From positions 24,430 through 88,429 of the forward strand of contig JBKAGE010000049.1 in NCBI GenBank assembly GCA_046290225.1: a DNA stretch of 64,000 bases. The letters run 5' to 3'. This DNA is from Bradymonadia bacterium. GTDB taxonomy: Bacteria > Myxococcota_A > Bradymonadia > UBA7976 > UBA1532. The position numbers and the translations under genes were made by a program. The notes under the pieces were generated by a model that was given only the letters and a program-made list of their open reading frames with translations, was not told where the DNA came from and made no database searches. This document shows, piece by piece, positions 9,580-20,354 of this stretch (its first letter is position 1; each line of letters starts with the position of its first letter).

Positions 9580-12500
9580 GCGGAGATCTCCTTGCCGGAC
9601 GCCTTCTCGGCCCCCTTCTTGCGCCGCCCGGCCCTGGGTGCTTGCCCTGCCTTCTTCTGCTCACTGTGCTTGGGTGATGTCGACCTCACCCGAGCGGCGA
9701 GGGCGCGCTTGTAGTCCACGGGCATCACCGTGACGAAGTGCTCACGGGCCGTGGCCCACGTGTCGAGGATGGATTGGGCCAGCGGGCTGCCGGTGAGGGT
9801 GTGGTGCTCGGAGACCAGCGACTTCACGATGTGCGCATCGCCTTCGCTCAAGGGCTCAAGCTCCACCATCTCGAGGTTGCAACGCCGCGCGCTCAGACCA
9901 TGGGGGTCGTACAGATGAGCCACACCACCGCTCATGCCTGCAGCGAAGTTGCGCCCTGTGGGGCCCAGCACCACCACCCTACCGCCAGTCATGTACTCGC
10001 AGCCGTGATCGCCGATGCCCTCCACCACCGCCGTGGCGCCGCTGTTCCGCACAGCGAAACGCTCCCCGGCGAGCCCCTCGAAGAAGGCCATCCCCGATGT
10101 CGCCCCGTAGAGCGCCACGTTGCCCACGATGACGTTCTCGCTCGCCACGTACGGCGCCCCCTCGGGGGTGCGGATCACGATGCGGCCACCGCTGAGGCCC
10201 TTGCCGGTGTAGTCGTTGGCGTCGCCCCGGACCACCAGGGTCATGCCCCGAGGCACGAAGGCGCCGAAGCTCTGCCCCGTGGTGCCCTCGAAGTCGATGT
10301 GCACCGTGTCGTCGGGCAAGCCATCAGGGCCATAGCGCCGGGAGATCTCGGCGCCGATGAGGGTGCCCACCGTGCGATGCACGTTGCGGATGCGGTGAGT
10401 GAGCTGCACCCGCTTGCCCTCGTTCAAAGCAGGGGCCAGATCTTCGATGAGCATGAGATCGAGGGCCCGGTCGAGGCCGTGATCCTGATGCTCCCGTCGG
10501 CGCGTCGGGTAGGGCACGTCGGGGGCGTACAGAATGTCGGAGAAGTCGAGGTGCCTGGCCTTCCAGTGATCGAGGGCCGGATCTGCGTAGAGCATGTCCA
10601 CACGGCCCACCATCTCGTTGAAGCTGCGAAAACCCATGCGGGCCATGTAATGGCGCACCTCTTCGGCGATGAAGAAGAAGAACCGCACCACGTGCTCTGG
10701 GGTGCCCTTGAAGCGCTTGCGCAGCTCTGGATCCTGGGTGGCGATCCCCACAGGGCAGGTGTTGAGGTGACACACCCGCATCAAGATGCAGCCCATGCTC
10801 GCCAGAGGCGCTGTGGAGAACCCGAACTCCTCGGCGCCGAGCAGAGCGCCCACGATCACGTCTCGGCCCGTGCGCAGGCCACCATCCACCTGCACCCGAA
10901 TGCGGCCCCTCAGATCGTTGAGCACCAGGGTCTGCTGTACCTCGGCGAGGCCGATCTCCCAGGGCACCCCGGCGTTCTTGATCGAGGTGAGAGGTGAGGC
11001 TCCAGTGCCACCGTCGTGACCGCTGATGAGCAGACGATCGGCCTTACCCTTGGCCACCCCGGCGGCGATGGTCCCCACCCCGCTCTCCGAGACCAGCTTC
11101 ACGCTGATCTCCGCGAAGCGGTTGGCGTTCTTCAGGTCGTAGATGAGCTGGGCCAGATCTTCGATCGAATAGATGTCGTGGTGAGGCGGCGGTGAGATCA
11201 GCCCCACCCCCTCGGTGCTGTGACGAATGCGGGCGATGGTGCTGTCGACCTTGTGCCCCGGCAGCTGACCGCCTTCGCCAGGCTTGGCCCCCTGGGCGAT
11301 CTTGATCTGCAATACATCACCGTTCACGAGGTACCAGCTCGTGACCCCGAATCGCCCCGAGGCCACCTGCTTGATCGCGCTCCGGCGCAGATCGCCGTTT
11401 TCGTCGGGCTGGAACCGCACCGCGTCTTCCCCGCCCTCGCCGCTGTTGCTGCGGCCGCCGATGCGGTTCATGGCGATGGCCAGGGTCTCGTGGGCCTCTT
11501 TGCTGATCGAGCCGAAGGACATGGCCCCAGTGCAGAACCGCTTCACGATCTCCGCCGCAGGCTCCACCACATCGATGGGCACGGGTGCCCGGGCCTCTTT
11601 GATGCGGAACAGCCCCCGCAGCGTGCACAGGCGTCGGGCGTGATCGTCTGCCGCCGCGGCGTACTCGCGATACAGCTCGAAGTCATCGGCCCGCACGGCG
11701 TGCTGCAGCTTGGCGATGGTCTTGGGGCCGAAGGCGTGCACCTCGCCCCGGCGACGCCACTGATACAGGCCCCCTGGATCGAGGGCCTCCACGGGCTCGC
11801 CCTCTTCGGGGAACCCGCGACGGTGCCTGATCTCCACCTCTCGGGCGAGCACGTCGAGGCCCACCCCGCTGATGCGGCTGGCGGTGTGGGTGAAGTGCTC
11901 GTCGACGAGATCCCGGTCGAGGCCCACGGCCTCGAAGATCTGCGCTCCGCGGTAGCTCTTGAGGGTGCTGATCCCCATCTTGGCGAAGATCTTGAGCAGG
12001 CCGTTGCCCACAGCCTTCAGGTAGTGGGCAATGGCCTGCTCACCGTCGAGGCCCTCGGGTACCCGGGTGCCCTCTGCGATCAGCGCGTCGATGGTCTCGT
12101 AGGCCACGTAGGGGTGCACACAGGTGGCCCCGTAGCCGATGAGCAGGGCGAAGTGGGCCACCTCTCGAGCGTCGCCCGCTTCGACCACGAGGCTGCATTG
12201 GGTGCGCAGCCCCGCGCGGATCAGGTGGTGGTTCACCGCCGAGGTGGCCAGCAGCGCCGGGATCGGCGCCATCTGAGCGTCGATGCGGCGATCGCTCAAG
12301 ATCAGCACGCTGGCCCCGGCCTTCACCTCGATCTCGGCCTGAGCGCAAAGATCGTCGAGAGCGGCTTTGAGCCCCGGGCCGCCATCGCCGGCCTTGAACA
12401 GACAGCGCAGCGTGCTCACCGAGAGCCAGGGCAGCTCGTTCTGACGCAAGCGCTCGATCTGCTCCGCTGTGAGCAGCGGGTGATCGATGGCCAGCATCTG

Positions 12501-14174
12501 TCCGTGCTCGGGTCGCTCGTCGAGCAGGTTGCCCTGGGCCCCGAGGCTGGCCCCCAGCGACATGACCAGCTTCTCCCGGATCGAGTCGATGGGGGGGTTG
12601 GTCACCTGGGCGAACTGCTGCTTGAAGTAGTGATACAGCAGCCGTGGGCGTGTGCTCAGGCAGGCCAGGGCGGCGTCGTTGCCCATGCTGCCGATGGCCT
12701 CCTTTCCGGTGCTGATCATGGGGGCGATGACCCGCTTGAGATCTTCGTCGGTGAACCCGAAGACCTGATGTCGCTGCACCCGAAAGGCAGGGTTGGGCGT
12801 ACGCACAAAGCGGGCCTGGGGCAACTCGTCGAGGTGCACCCGGTGCTCGGTGAGCCACTGACCGTATGGTCGCTGCTGAGCGAGCTGAGCCTTGATCTCC
12901 TCGTCGGAGATGATGCGCCCCTGAGCGGTGTCGACGAGCAACATGCGCCCGGGGGTGAGCCGGCCCTTGTGCACCACCTTGTGAGGGGGCACCTCCACCA
13001 CCCCGGCCTCGGAAGCAGCGATCAACTGACCATCGGTGGTCTGCACATATCGGGCGGGGCGCAGGCCGTTGCGGTCGAGGGTGGCGCCGATCTGCACGCC
13101 ATCGGTGAACATCACCGCCGCGGGGCCATCCCAGGGCTCCTGGAACAGGCTGTGATAGGCGTAGAAGTCGCGCCGGGCGGCCTCCATCTCCTCGTCACCC
13201 TCGAAGGCCTCGGGGATCAGCATGCACATGGCGTGCGCCAGCGATCGCCCGCTGGCCACGAGCAGCTCCAGGGCGTTGTCGAGCTGACAGGAGTCGGATC
13301 CGTCTTCGGTGAGGATCGGGAACATCTTGCGGATGTCGTCGCCGAAGATCTCCGAGTGCAGCGTGCCCTCTCGGGCCCGCATCCAGTTCACGTTGGCCCG
13401 CAACGTGTTGATCTCGCCGTTGTGCGCGAGATACCGGAACGGTTGGGCGAGATCCCAGGTGGGGAACGTGTTGGTGCTGTACCGCTGATGCACCAGCACG
13501 AAGGCGCTCTCGGCCTCCGGATCGGAGAGATCCTGATAAAATACGGGGATCTGCGCCGGCAGCATCAACCCCTTGTAGATGATGGTCCGCGACGACAGTG
13601 AGGCCACATGGAAGTGCTTGGCTTTCTCTCCGGCGGCCTGCACCCGGTTCTCGGCGATGCGCCGCAGCAAGAACAGCTGCCGCTCGAACCGCCGTGGGTC
13701 GAGCTGAGTCGACGCCTCGAGGAACACCTGCTGAATCACCGGGGCGCGCTTCCGCGCCACGGGGCCCAGCACGGCAGGGTTCACCTTCACCGGGCGCCAC
13801 CCGAGCAACCTCAAGCTGCTCTCGGCCACAGTGCGGGCGATCATCTTCTTCTGGAACGCCCGCACGTCGGGATCGGGCGACAGAAAAACCATGCCCACGG
13901 CATAGCGCCCTGGGGGTGGCAGCCGGATGCCCAGCAAATGACACTCTCGCCGCAGCACAGCATCGGGCATCTGAATCGAGAGGCCAGCGCCATCGCCTGT
14001 GGCAGGGTCTGATCCCACGGCCCCACGGTGGGTGAGGTTCTTCAAGATGCGGGTGCCCTGCTCGATGATCTCGTGGGTGCGGGTGCCATCGATGTTGACG
14101 ACGAAGCCCACCCCACAGGCATCGCGCTCATAGGCAGGATCATAGAGGCCCTGTCGTACTGGCTTCATGGGCAT
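9576..14174 (-). CDS. gltB: Glutamate synthase large subunit
   Basis: [10 protein letters not shown]-terminal nucleophile, [46 protein letters not shown] and GXGXG C-terminal repeats. Start moved from 14321 to the ATG at 14174 (or 14168). Confidence 0.98.
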   Translation of the reverse strand: MPMKPVRQGLYDPAYERDACGVGFVVNIDGTRTHEIIEQGTRILKNLTHRGAVGSDPATGDGAGLSIQMPDAVLRRECHLLGIRLPPPGRYAVGMVFLSPDPDVRAFQKKMIARTVAESSLRLLGWRPVKVNPAVLGPVARKRAPVIQQVFLEASTQLDPRRFERQLFLLRRIAENRVQAAGEKAKHFHVASLSSRTIIYKGLMLPAQIPVFYQDLSDPEAESAFVLVHQRYSTNTFPTWDLAQPFRYLAHNGEINTLRANVNWMRAREGTLHSEIFGDDIRKMFPILTEDGSDSCQLDNALELLVASGRSLAHAMCMLIPEAFEGDEEMEAARRDFYAYHSLFQEPWDGPAAVMFTDGVQIGATLDRNGLRPARYVQTTDGQLIAASEAGVVEVPPHKVVHKGRLTPGRMLLVDTAQGRIISDEEIKAQLAQQRPYGQWLTEHRVHLDELPQARFVRTPNPAFRVQRHQVFGFTDEDLKRVIAPMISTGKEAIGSMGNDAALACLSTRPRLLYHYFKQQFAQVTNPPIDSIREKLVMSLGASLGAQGNLLDERPEHGQMLAIDHPLLTAEQIERLRQNELPWLSVSTLRCLFKAGDGGPGLKAALDDLCAQAEIEVKAGASVLILSDRRIDAQMAPIPALLATSAVNHHLIRAGLRTQCSLVVEAGDAREVAHFALLIGYGATCVHPYVAYETIDALIAEGTRVPEGLDGEQAIAHYLKAVGNGLLKIFAKMGISTLKSYRGAQIFEAVGLDRDLVDEHFTHTASRISGVGLDVLAREVEIRHRRGFPEEGEPVEALDPGGLYQWRRRGEVHAFGPKTIAKLQHAVRADDFELYREYAAAADDHARRLCTLRGLFRIKEARAPVPIDVVEPAAEIVKRFCTGAMSFGSISKEAHETLAIAMNRIGGRSNSGEGGEDAVRFQPDENGDLRRSAIKQVASGRFGVTSWYLVNGDVLQIKIAQGAKPGEGGQLPGHKVDSTIARIRHSTEGVGLISPPPHHDIYSIEDLAQLIYDLKNANRFAEISVKLVSESGVGTIAAGVAKGKADRLLISGHDGGTGASPLTSIKNAGVPWEIGLAEVQQTLVLNDLRGRIRVQVDGGLRTGRDVIVGALLGAEEFGFSTAPLASMGCILMRVCHLNTCPVGIATQDPELRKRFKGTPEHVVRFFFFIAEEVRHYMARMGFRSFNEMVGRVDMLYADPALDHWKARHLDFSDILYAPDVPYPTRRREHQDHGLDRALDLMLIEDLAPALNEGKRVQLTHRIRNVHRTVGTLIGAEISRRYGPDGLPDDTVHIDFEGTTGQSFGAFVPRGMTLVVRGDANDYTGKGLSGGRIVIRTPEGAPYVASENVIVGNVALYGATSGMAFFEGLAGERFAVRNSGATAVVEGIGDHGCEYMTGGRVVVLGPTGRNFAAGMSGGVAHLYDPHGLSARRCNLEMVELEPLSEGDAHIVKSLVSEHHTLTGSPLAQSILDTWATAREHFVTVMPVDYKRALAARVRSTSPKHSEQKKAGQAPRAGRRKKGAEKASGKEISA

Positions 14175-14272
14175 GTATCTCGTCTCCCGTGATGGGTGCG
14201 TCACTGCCCAGATGGCTCCATCGGATGTGACACAGAGAAGGACTATAGGAGAACGATGGTGGCCGAATCTCT

Positions 14273-14311
14273 GTAAACACCTTGAAAACCAAATGAAAAC
14301 CCGCAGAAAAC
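14273..14311. promoter_or_regulatory. Four in-phase G(T/A)AAAC direct repeats with 11-bp period upstream of gltB
   Basis: GTAAAC at 14273 and GAAAAC at 14284, 14295 and 14306. Confidence 0.55.
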
Positions 14312-14648
14312 GCATTTTCAATGGCGTTTACAACCCAGATGGGACGCTTTCGAAGAGATCTTGCCCTCGCCGGCGGGTCGCCATCACAGCGTTCTGCATG
14401 TGTGCACGCCCTTCCTCATCACGCTCTACCCGCTCACCCATGCTTTCTATTCGAAAGTCAAAATGACTTCGAAGTCTCACCGGCCAGCGTACCTTCCACC
14501 TGTACGACATGCCCTGAGCACATCGTAATCATTCAATACGGAGGTGATGGCGAGGCGTGCCGTGGAGATCCCCCGCCTCCGGCATATCAGGCATACAATT
14601 TGCGCTGTGCATCAGCAAACAGCCGCTCTCGCCTCTGGAGGCTACTTG

Positions 14649-17600
14649 ATGCGCCACTCCTTCACTCGTCGCTGGATGCTCACCGCCCTGCTCGCCAGCC
14701 CCTTCGCAGGGTGCAGCGACCCTGTCACTGACGACGCGAACGCTCCAGGGGCCCGAGGCGGCGCAGGCGATGGCTCTGGCAAGGCAGATGGTGCCAACGG
14801 CCCTCTCCCCGCTCACCGCGTCACCGCGCGCTTGAAGAGCGGCGCCCCACGGCTGATCGAGGGCAAGCTCAGCGATGATGTCGACGCCGCCCTCGCCGTG
14901 GCCAGACGCATCATGGGCCCCGAGGCAGACGAGAGCCGCTTCGCCGCCGGTGATCCCATCGTGGACGCCAGCGGCCACGCCCACGTGCGTTACCGCCGGA
15001 TGGGGCCTCACCCCGAGAGCGGCGAGGCCACCGTGCCCGTACTCGATGGCGATCTCACCCTGCACATCAACGCAGAAGGCGTGATCTACGCCGCCAGCGG
15101 CGATCTCTGGCCCCTGAAGATCGAATCACCCAAGCTGGATCACGCCCGGGCTGTCGAGGCGGCCAAAGCCTTCGTGGCCCCTGAAGATCTCGAGGTCTCT
15201 GCCGAGCTGCCCGAGGTCTTGAAGGCCCCGGCGCTGGTGTACGGGCACCATGACGGCGAGGCCCACCTCGCCTGGCAGGTCCGAGCCACGGGGAACCCCA
15301 ATGACAACCGGCCCCTGCCTGTGGACGACATCCTGCTCGTGGACGCCTTCGACGGGCAGATCATCGGTCGTCGCCCGCGGATCCAGGGTGACAGCGCCCA
15401 CCTCGGACGCCATGTCTTCGACGCCGAGCACAGCTGGGAGATGGAATCTCTGCCTGGGATCTCCCGCCGTAGAGAGGGCAGCATCCTCAGCGGCGAGCCC
15501 ACGGTGGACATCTGCTTCGACTACATGGGCGTCGGCATGGGTCTCTTCAACCGCTACGCCGCCCACGTGGGGGCTGAGCTGTTCCCCGACGCCGAAGAGG
15601 TGCACGCCGTCGTACACTTCGGTCAGAGCTACAACAACGCGTTCTGGAACGGCGAAGAGGTGGTCTTCGGTGACGGCGACGGGGTGGAGTTCAGCAACCT
15701 CGCCCACTCACTCGACGTGATGTGCCACGAGCTGGGCCACGGCCTGGTGCAGTTCACCGCGGGCCTCGTCTACCAAGATGAGTCCGGGGCCCTCAACGAG
15801 TCCGCCGCAGACGTCTTCGGCGCCCTGTGCGACATGGAGCTGGTGACTCAAAATCGCGCCGACTTGACCCTCACCGAAGAGGACTGGTTCCGCATCTGGG
15901 CCATCGGCGAGACCGTCACCACCCCCGCCACCCCCGGCGATGCCCTGCGGTACATGTTCGATCCCACCGCCGATGGCATCAGCACCGACCATTACGCCAT
16001 GCGCTTCACCGGCCCTGAAGACAACGGTGGGGTACACCTGAACTCGGGGATCCCCAACCTGGCCTTCTACCTGATGATCATGGGGGGCACCCACCCCCAC
16101 GCAGGCAACGGCGTGGTGCCCTTCGTGAAGGTGCCGGCCATGCCCGGGGCTCTGGTGAGCGACTTCCTCGATCGTCAGCCCACCCGCTGGGTGGCCGGCT
16201 GGGAGATGGGCGGCCTGATCTGGCTGCGGGCCCTCACCCACTACCTCACCCCCGATGCCGACTTCGCCCTCGCTCGGGCGGCCATGCTCCGGGCCACCCT
16301 CGACCTCGGCTACGCCGCTCACTACGAGTCCGTGGCCGCCGCCTGGACCGCAGTGGGCGTGCCCCACGAGGCCCCAGCGCTGATCTTCGACGGCCAGACC
16401 GAGGGGTGGACCGAGCCCTTCGCCGGCGACGTGCTCACCCCCCATCAGCTCACGGTGCAGGTGCCCCCAGGGGCCGAGGCCCTGGTGGTGGAGCTCCTCG
16501 ACGGAGTGGGCGACGCAGATCTCTACCTGCGGCACGAGGCCCCGGTGAACCCCATCGATCCCGAGTTCGACGGGGCGCAGGTCTACAGTTCTACGGTGCG
16601 CCACGGGACCCATGAGGACATCCGCGTGGAGGCGCCGGCGCCGGGCACATGGCATGTGCTGGTCCTCGGCCGTCCTGGCGGCTACAGCGACGTGGTCCTC
16701 TCCGCCCGCGTCGAAGAGCAGGGCAAGTGCGTGGTGCCGACGCTGGTGCCTGCTGAGGGGGCTGTCTTCAGCGTGTGCCCCACCGACAACCACCCCTTCA
16801 TCAGCTTCGACGTCGACGTCGACGTGGCCCAGCCCATGACGGTGCGCATCAGCCCCGACGTCGATCAGCCCTCGCTCTTCGACGACGTGAACCTGTTCGC
16901 CTCGGTGGAGCACTTTGCCGAGACCTTCGGCGCTGATCTCGAAGCCAAAGATCCGGACGCCTCCGAGGCGCTGCGTCTTGAGCAGGCCGGGCGCTGGAAC
17001 GTGCTCGTCGATGCCTCGGGCGGAGTGCCCAATGGTCGCTACCTCGTGGAGGTCCGCCCCCAGCCTCAGCACACCGCCTCGGAGGTGGACGACCGCTGCG
17101 CAGAGCATCTGCCGGCGAAAATCGGCCAGCTCGGTGGGGCCTTCACCCTCTGCCCGTCACAACATGGTGATCAGGTCGGCTTCGGCCTGCAGATGAACTG
17201 GGACGAGCGCTTCCTGGTGCAGGTCGAGCCCCTGGCCCGGCAAGGTGATCTCTTCGACGAGGTGAACATCTACGCAGCGCTGGACGATCTGGTGAGCGTG
17301 AGCGAGTTCGACGTGGCTCAGAAGGGTGTGGGCCCCCGGCCGCAGCTCGCGCTGGAGACCGGCGGCGACTGGGACGTGCTCGTCGACATGCGCAACGCCG
17401 CCCCAGGTGGTCGCTACCGCGTGCGGGTGATCCCCCAGTCAGTGGACAGCACCGTGGATTGCGACAACCACATCCCCAGCTTCCTCGACGCCAGTGGCGG
17501 TGGCTTTGTGCTCTGCCAGAACGAAGATGGCCCCACCCCCTTTGACGTCTTCGTCGACAACGACGAGTCCGTCGTGGTGACGGTGCGCCCCCTGGCGGCG

Positions 17601-18521
17601 ATGGACATGTCTCTGGGCATCGACCTCATCGCCTCGAAGAGCCGCCGGCCAACCTCCACTGATGCCGACCTGCTCGCCGACATGGTGGGCCCTCAGGCCT
17701 CGATCTTCATCGGTGAGCCTGGCCAGTGGATGTTCCAGACCGATGTCAGCTTCGCCCCTGACGTGGGCCCATTCTGGGTGGAGGTCCGCCCTGCGCTGGG
17801 GCCCGATGCATATGATCCGTGCAAGGCCTTCCTTCCCGAGCAGCTCAATGGCTGGAACGAGCGCTACACCTTCTGCCCCGAGGCCCATGGCACGCAGCAC
17901 GACTTCTGGCTCGACGTCGCCGAGGGTGCCCCCATGGAATTCGCCATCCGCCCTCACGCTGCGGCGCCAGGTCTGGCCACACAGCTCACGGTGAAAGCCG
18001 AGCTCGAGGGCGGCGCTCAGCCTGAGCAGGTGTCTCAGGTCGTCGATGGCCTGCACCGCCTGCGCCTCGAAGCCCCGGGTCGCTGGCGCATCTCCGTCGA
18101 TGCCAGCCTCGCAGCGAACGCAGCCCGGTTCCTACTGCGCTCTGGTTACCCCACAGCCCAGCCAGAAGAGGATCAGGGCCCGTGTGACGGCGAGTTCACC
18201 GGGCAGTTCGGTCGCGAAGGTGGCGTGAACCACTTCTGCCCCGCCACAGAGGGCGAGTTCACCTACTTCTACGTCGTCGTAGAGCCCAACCATCCGATGA
18301 AGGTCCGGGTCGAGGCCCTGTTGACGGGCGACCTCTTCGACGACGTCGATCTCTACGGCCGTGTGCACGAGCTCGCTGATCTCGACAACTTCGATGTCTC
18401 CTCGAAGGGCCCGGGCTTCGACGAGGAGATCATCCTCACTGAGCCTGGCACCTGGGACGTGATGGTGCACGCGCCGGTGCAGTCCGGCACATTCCGGCTG
18501 GTGGTCAGCCCCGTAGAGTGA
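14649..18521 (+). CDS. M4 (thermolysin-family) metalloprotease lipoprotein with FTP/PepSY propeptide, PPC domain and five further C-terminal repeats
   Basis: RBS GGAGG, lipobox FAGC, GKADG, NNAFWNG, HELGH, GALNES and DNGGVHLNSG; GDADLYLR marks the PPC domain. Confidence 0.92.
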   Translation: MRHSFTRRWMLTALLASPFAGCSDPVTDDANAPGARGGAGDGSGKADGANGPLPAHRVTARLKSGAPRLIEGKLSDDVDAALAVARRIMGPEADESRFAAGDPIVDASGHAHVRYRRMGPHPESGEATVPVLDGDLTLHINAEGVIYAASGDLWPLKIESPKLDHARAVEAAKAFVAPEDLEVSAELPEVLKAPALVYGHHDGEAHLAWQVRATGNPNDNRPLPVDDILLVDAFDGQIIGRRPRIQGDSAHLGRHVFDAEHSWEMESLPGISRRREGSILSGEPTVDICFDYMGVGMGLFNRYAAHVGAELFPDAEEVHAVVHFGQSYNNAFWNGEEVVFGDGDGVEFSNLAHSLDVMCHELGHGLVQFTAGLVYQDESGALNESAADVFGALCDMELVTQNRADLTLTEEDWFRIWAIGETVTTPATPGDALRYMFDPTADGISTDHYAMRFTGPEDNGGVHLNSGIPNLAFYLMIMGGTHPHAGNGVVPFVKVPAMPGALVSDFLDRQPTRWVAGWEMGGLIWLRALTHYLTPDADFALARAAMLRATLDLGYAAHYESVAAAWTAVGVPHEAPALIFDGQTEGWTEPFAGDVLTPHQLTVQVPPGAEALVVELLDGVGDADLYLRHEAPVNPIDPEFDGAQVYSSTVRHGTHEDIRVEAPAPGTWHVLVLGRPGGYSDVVLSARVEEQGKCVVPTLVPAEGAVFSVCPTDNHPFISFDVDVDVAQPMTVRISPDVDQPSLFDDVNLFASVEHFAETFGADLEAKDPDASEALRLEQAGRWNVLVDASGGVPNGRYLVEVRPQPQHTASEVDDRCAEHLPAKIGQLGGAFTLCPSQHGDQVGFGLQMNWDERFLVQVEPLARQGDLFDEVNIYAALDDLVSVSEFDVAQKGVGPRPQLALETGGDWDVLVDMRNAAPGGRYRVRVIPQSVDSTVDCDNHIPSFLDASGGGFVLCQNEDGPTPFDVFVDNDESVVVTVRPLAAMDMSLGIDLIASKSRRPTSTDADLLADMVGPQASIFIGEPGQWMFQTDVSFAPDVGPFWVEVRPALGPDAYDPCKAFLPEQLNGWNERYTFCPEAHGTQHDFWLDVAEGAPMEFAIRPHAAAPGLATQLTVKAELEGGAQPEQVSQVVDGLHRLRLEAPGRWRISVDASLAANAARFLLRSGYPTAQPEEDQGPCDGEFTGQFGREGGVNHFCPATEGEFTYFYVVVEPNHPMKVRVEALLTGDLFDDVDLYGRVHELADLDNFDVSSKGPGFDEEIILTEPGTWDVMVHAPVQSGTFRLVVSPVE

Positions 18522-18554
18522 GCCCTGTAGAGTCAGCCCTGTAGAGTCAGCCCC
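18506..18554. repeat. 14-bp tandem repeat, 3.5 copies (CAGCCCTGTAGAGT)
   Basis: cagccccgtagagt gagccctgtagagt cagccctgtagagt cagcccc, spanning the protease stop codon. Confidence 0.85.
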
Positions 18555-18671
18555 ACCCAACGGCTCACTCTGAGTCAAAGCTCAATCTGCCAGCATATGA
18601 CGAATTGAGCTTGATCTGAGCGGCGTCTCCAACGACAACCTCTCCAGATTGGGGACATTTTGGAGAGGTAC

Positions 18672-20354
18672 ATGTCGATGTGGCGCTGGGCCCTGGCCGC
18701 CGTACTGGTCAGCTCTGTCTATGGTTGTGACAGTGGAGACAGTGAAGGGAACGAAGCTGCGGGTGGCTCCACTGAGGGCGCTGGTGCTTCTAGAGGCGAG
18801 ACACCTTCGGGTACACCCACCTGGCATCAGGACATCGCCCCCATCATCAGTGAAAACTGCGCCGGGTGTCACCACGAGGGGGGCATCGGGCCCTTCGCCC
18901 TCGAGACTTACGAGCAGGCGGCGCCGCTGGCGGGCCTGATCCTCGACAGCGTGCAATCTGGCCGTATGCCCCCCTGGGGCGCCGACGAGACCGACAGCTG
19001 CTCGCCCCGCCTGGGCTTCAAAGATGATCTCCGGCTGACGGATGCCCAGCTCTCGGCCCTCGCTGGTTGGCAGGCAGCAGAGGCCCCCGAGGGTGATCCG
19101 GCAACTGCTGCCGAGATCGTCGAGCGCCGGGTCGACACCCTTGCCCGGGTCGACCGCGCCCTGACACCCAAGATCCCCTTCACCACTCAGGGCGACACTG
19201 ACCAGTTCCGCTGCTTTGTGCTCGATCCGGGCTTCACCGAGGAGACCTTCGTCAACGCCGTGCACTTCGAGCCCGGTGATCCCCGCGTGGTGCACCACCT
19301 GCTGCTCTACGTCGATCAAGAAGGCGAAGAGGCCACCGAGCTCGGCGGCGAAGAGGGCGCATATGACTGCTTCGGCGGTCCACGGGCAGGCGACGACTTC
19401 CTGGTGGCCGCCTGGGCCCCTGGCGGTGTGCCCACCGAGCTGCCCGAGAACGCAGCATTCCCGATCCAGGCCGGAGCGAAGTTCGTCTTGCAGGTGCATT
19501 ATCACCCGCTCGGCGACGAACCTGCTGAAGACTTGACCACCACTCAGCTTCAAATCCTCGATCACACCCCGGAGTACACCGCCTTCACGGCTCTGCTCGG
19601 GAACTTCGACTCGCTCGAAGGCGAGGCTGACGGCCTGCTCCCTGGCATGAATGATCCTGCCGAGGGCCCGGCCTTCATGATCCCCGCAGGCGCCGAGGGC
19701 CACACGGAGCGCATGGCCTACACCATCCCCGGCACCTTCGACGATCGGCCCTTCCCAGGCATGTTCCTCTACAGTGTGGCGTCCCACATGCACTATGTGG
19801 GCACCGACATGCAGATCGATCTCGTCCGCACTGAGCAGGTGCCGATGTGCAGCGCCGACGAGCTGGCACCGCTCCAGGCGTGCATGGACGAGGCCTGCCC
19901 GGGCCTCACGGGGATTCAGTCGGTGGTCTGCGCCACGATGTCGTGTGAAGAGCACGTCGACGCCCTGAGCAGCAACTGCGGTGGCTGCCTCGAATATGAA
20001 GCCCTCAACGGCGCTGAAGATGCCTTCGCCCCCTGCTCGGTGGTGCGAGTGCCCGAGCAATATGGCGAGCTGCCTGAGCAGCCCGAGAACGAGTGTCTGC
20101 TCCAGACCCCGAACTGGAACTTCGAGTGGCAGCGCTTCTACACCTATGAAGCGCCCATCGAAGAGCTGCCCTTCGTCGTCGCCGGTGATCGCTTCGAGTT
20201 CGAGTGCACCTTCGACAATTCCATGGCCAACCCCTTCGTCCGCGAGGCCCTCGCCGAGCAGGGCCTCGACACGCCTCAGGATGTTGTGCTCGGCGACGAG
20301 ACCCTCGACGAGATGTGTCTCTTCGCGGTCACCGTGCTCTTCAAGTGGGAGTAA
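18672..20354 (+). CDS. Lipoprotein: c-type heme motif plus copper type II (PHM/DBH-like) monooxygenase domains
   Basis: Lipobox VYGC, CAGCH, MPPW, VVHHLLLY, LQVHYH, SHMH, WNFEWQ and DEMC. Confidence 0.8.
   Translation: MSMWRWALAAVLVSSVYGCDSGDSEGNEAAGGSTEGAGASRGETPSGTPTWHQDIAPIISENCAGCHHEGGIGPFALETYEQAAPLAGLILDSVQSGRMPPWGADETDSCSPRLGFKDDLRLTDAQLSALAGWQAAEAPEGDPATAAEIVERRVDTLARVDRALTPKIPFTTQGDTDQFRCFVLDPGFTEETFVNAVHFEPGDPRVVHHLLLYVDQEGEEATELGGEEGAYDCFGGPRAGDDFLVAAWAPGGVPTELPENAAFPIQAGAKFVLQVHYHPLGDEPAEDLTTTQLQILDHTPEYTAFTALLGNFDSLEGEADGLLPGMNDPAEGPAFMIPAGAEGHTERMAYTIPGTFDDRPFPGMFLYSVASHMHYVGTDMQIDLVRTEQVPMCSADELAPLQACMDEACPGLTGIQSVVCATMSCEEHVDALSSNCGGCLEYEALNGAEDAFAPCSVVRVPEQYGELPEQPENECLLQTPNWNFEWQRFYTYEAPIEELPFVVAGDRFEFECTFDNSMANPFVREALAEQGLDTPQDVVLGDETLDEMCLFAVTVLFKWE

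Noticed and set aside
9576..9690. Lys/Arg-rich C-terminal tail on GltB
   Set aside because: Probably a variable disordered extension up to the gltD overlap; no support for a function.
11220..13601. 793-aa plus-strand ORF and other long antisense ORFs (e.g. 9738, 15708, 18582, 30371, 47782)
   Set aside because: Shadow ORFs opposite well-supported genes, expected from high GC3 codon bias; no motifs.
14175..14321. 49-aa N-terminal extension of GltB in the ORF track (similarly for ORFs starting 14544, 23000, 34814, 59269)
   Set aside because: Downstream ATGs with RBSs match the family N-termini; the extensions overlap regulatory DNA or neighbouring genes.
18506..18554. Short repeat arrays (also 47742-47811) as possible CRISPR
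   Set aside because: Units are 14 bp, directly abutting, with no unique spacers and no cas genes.
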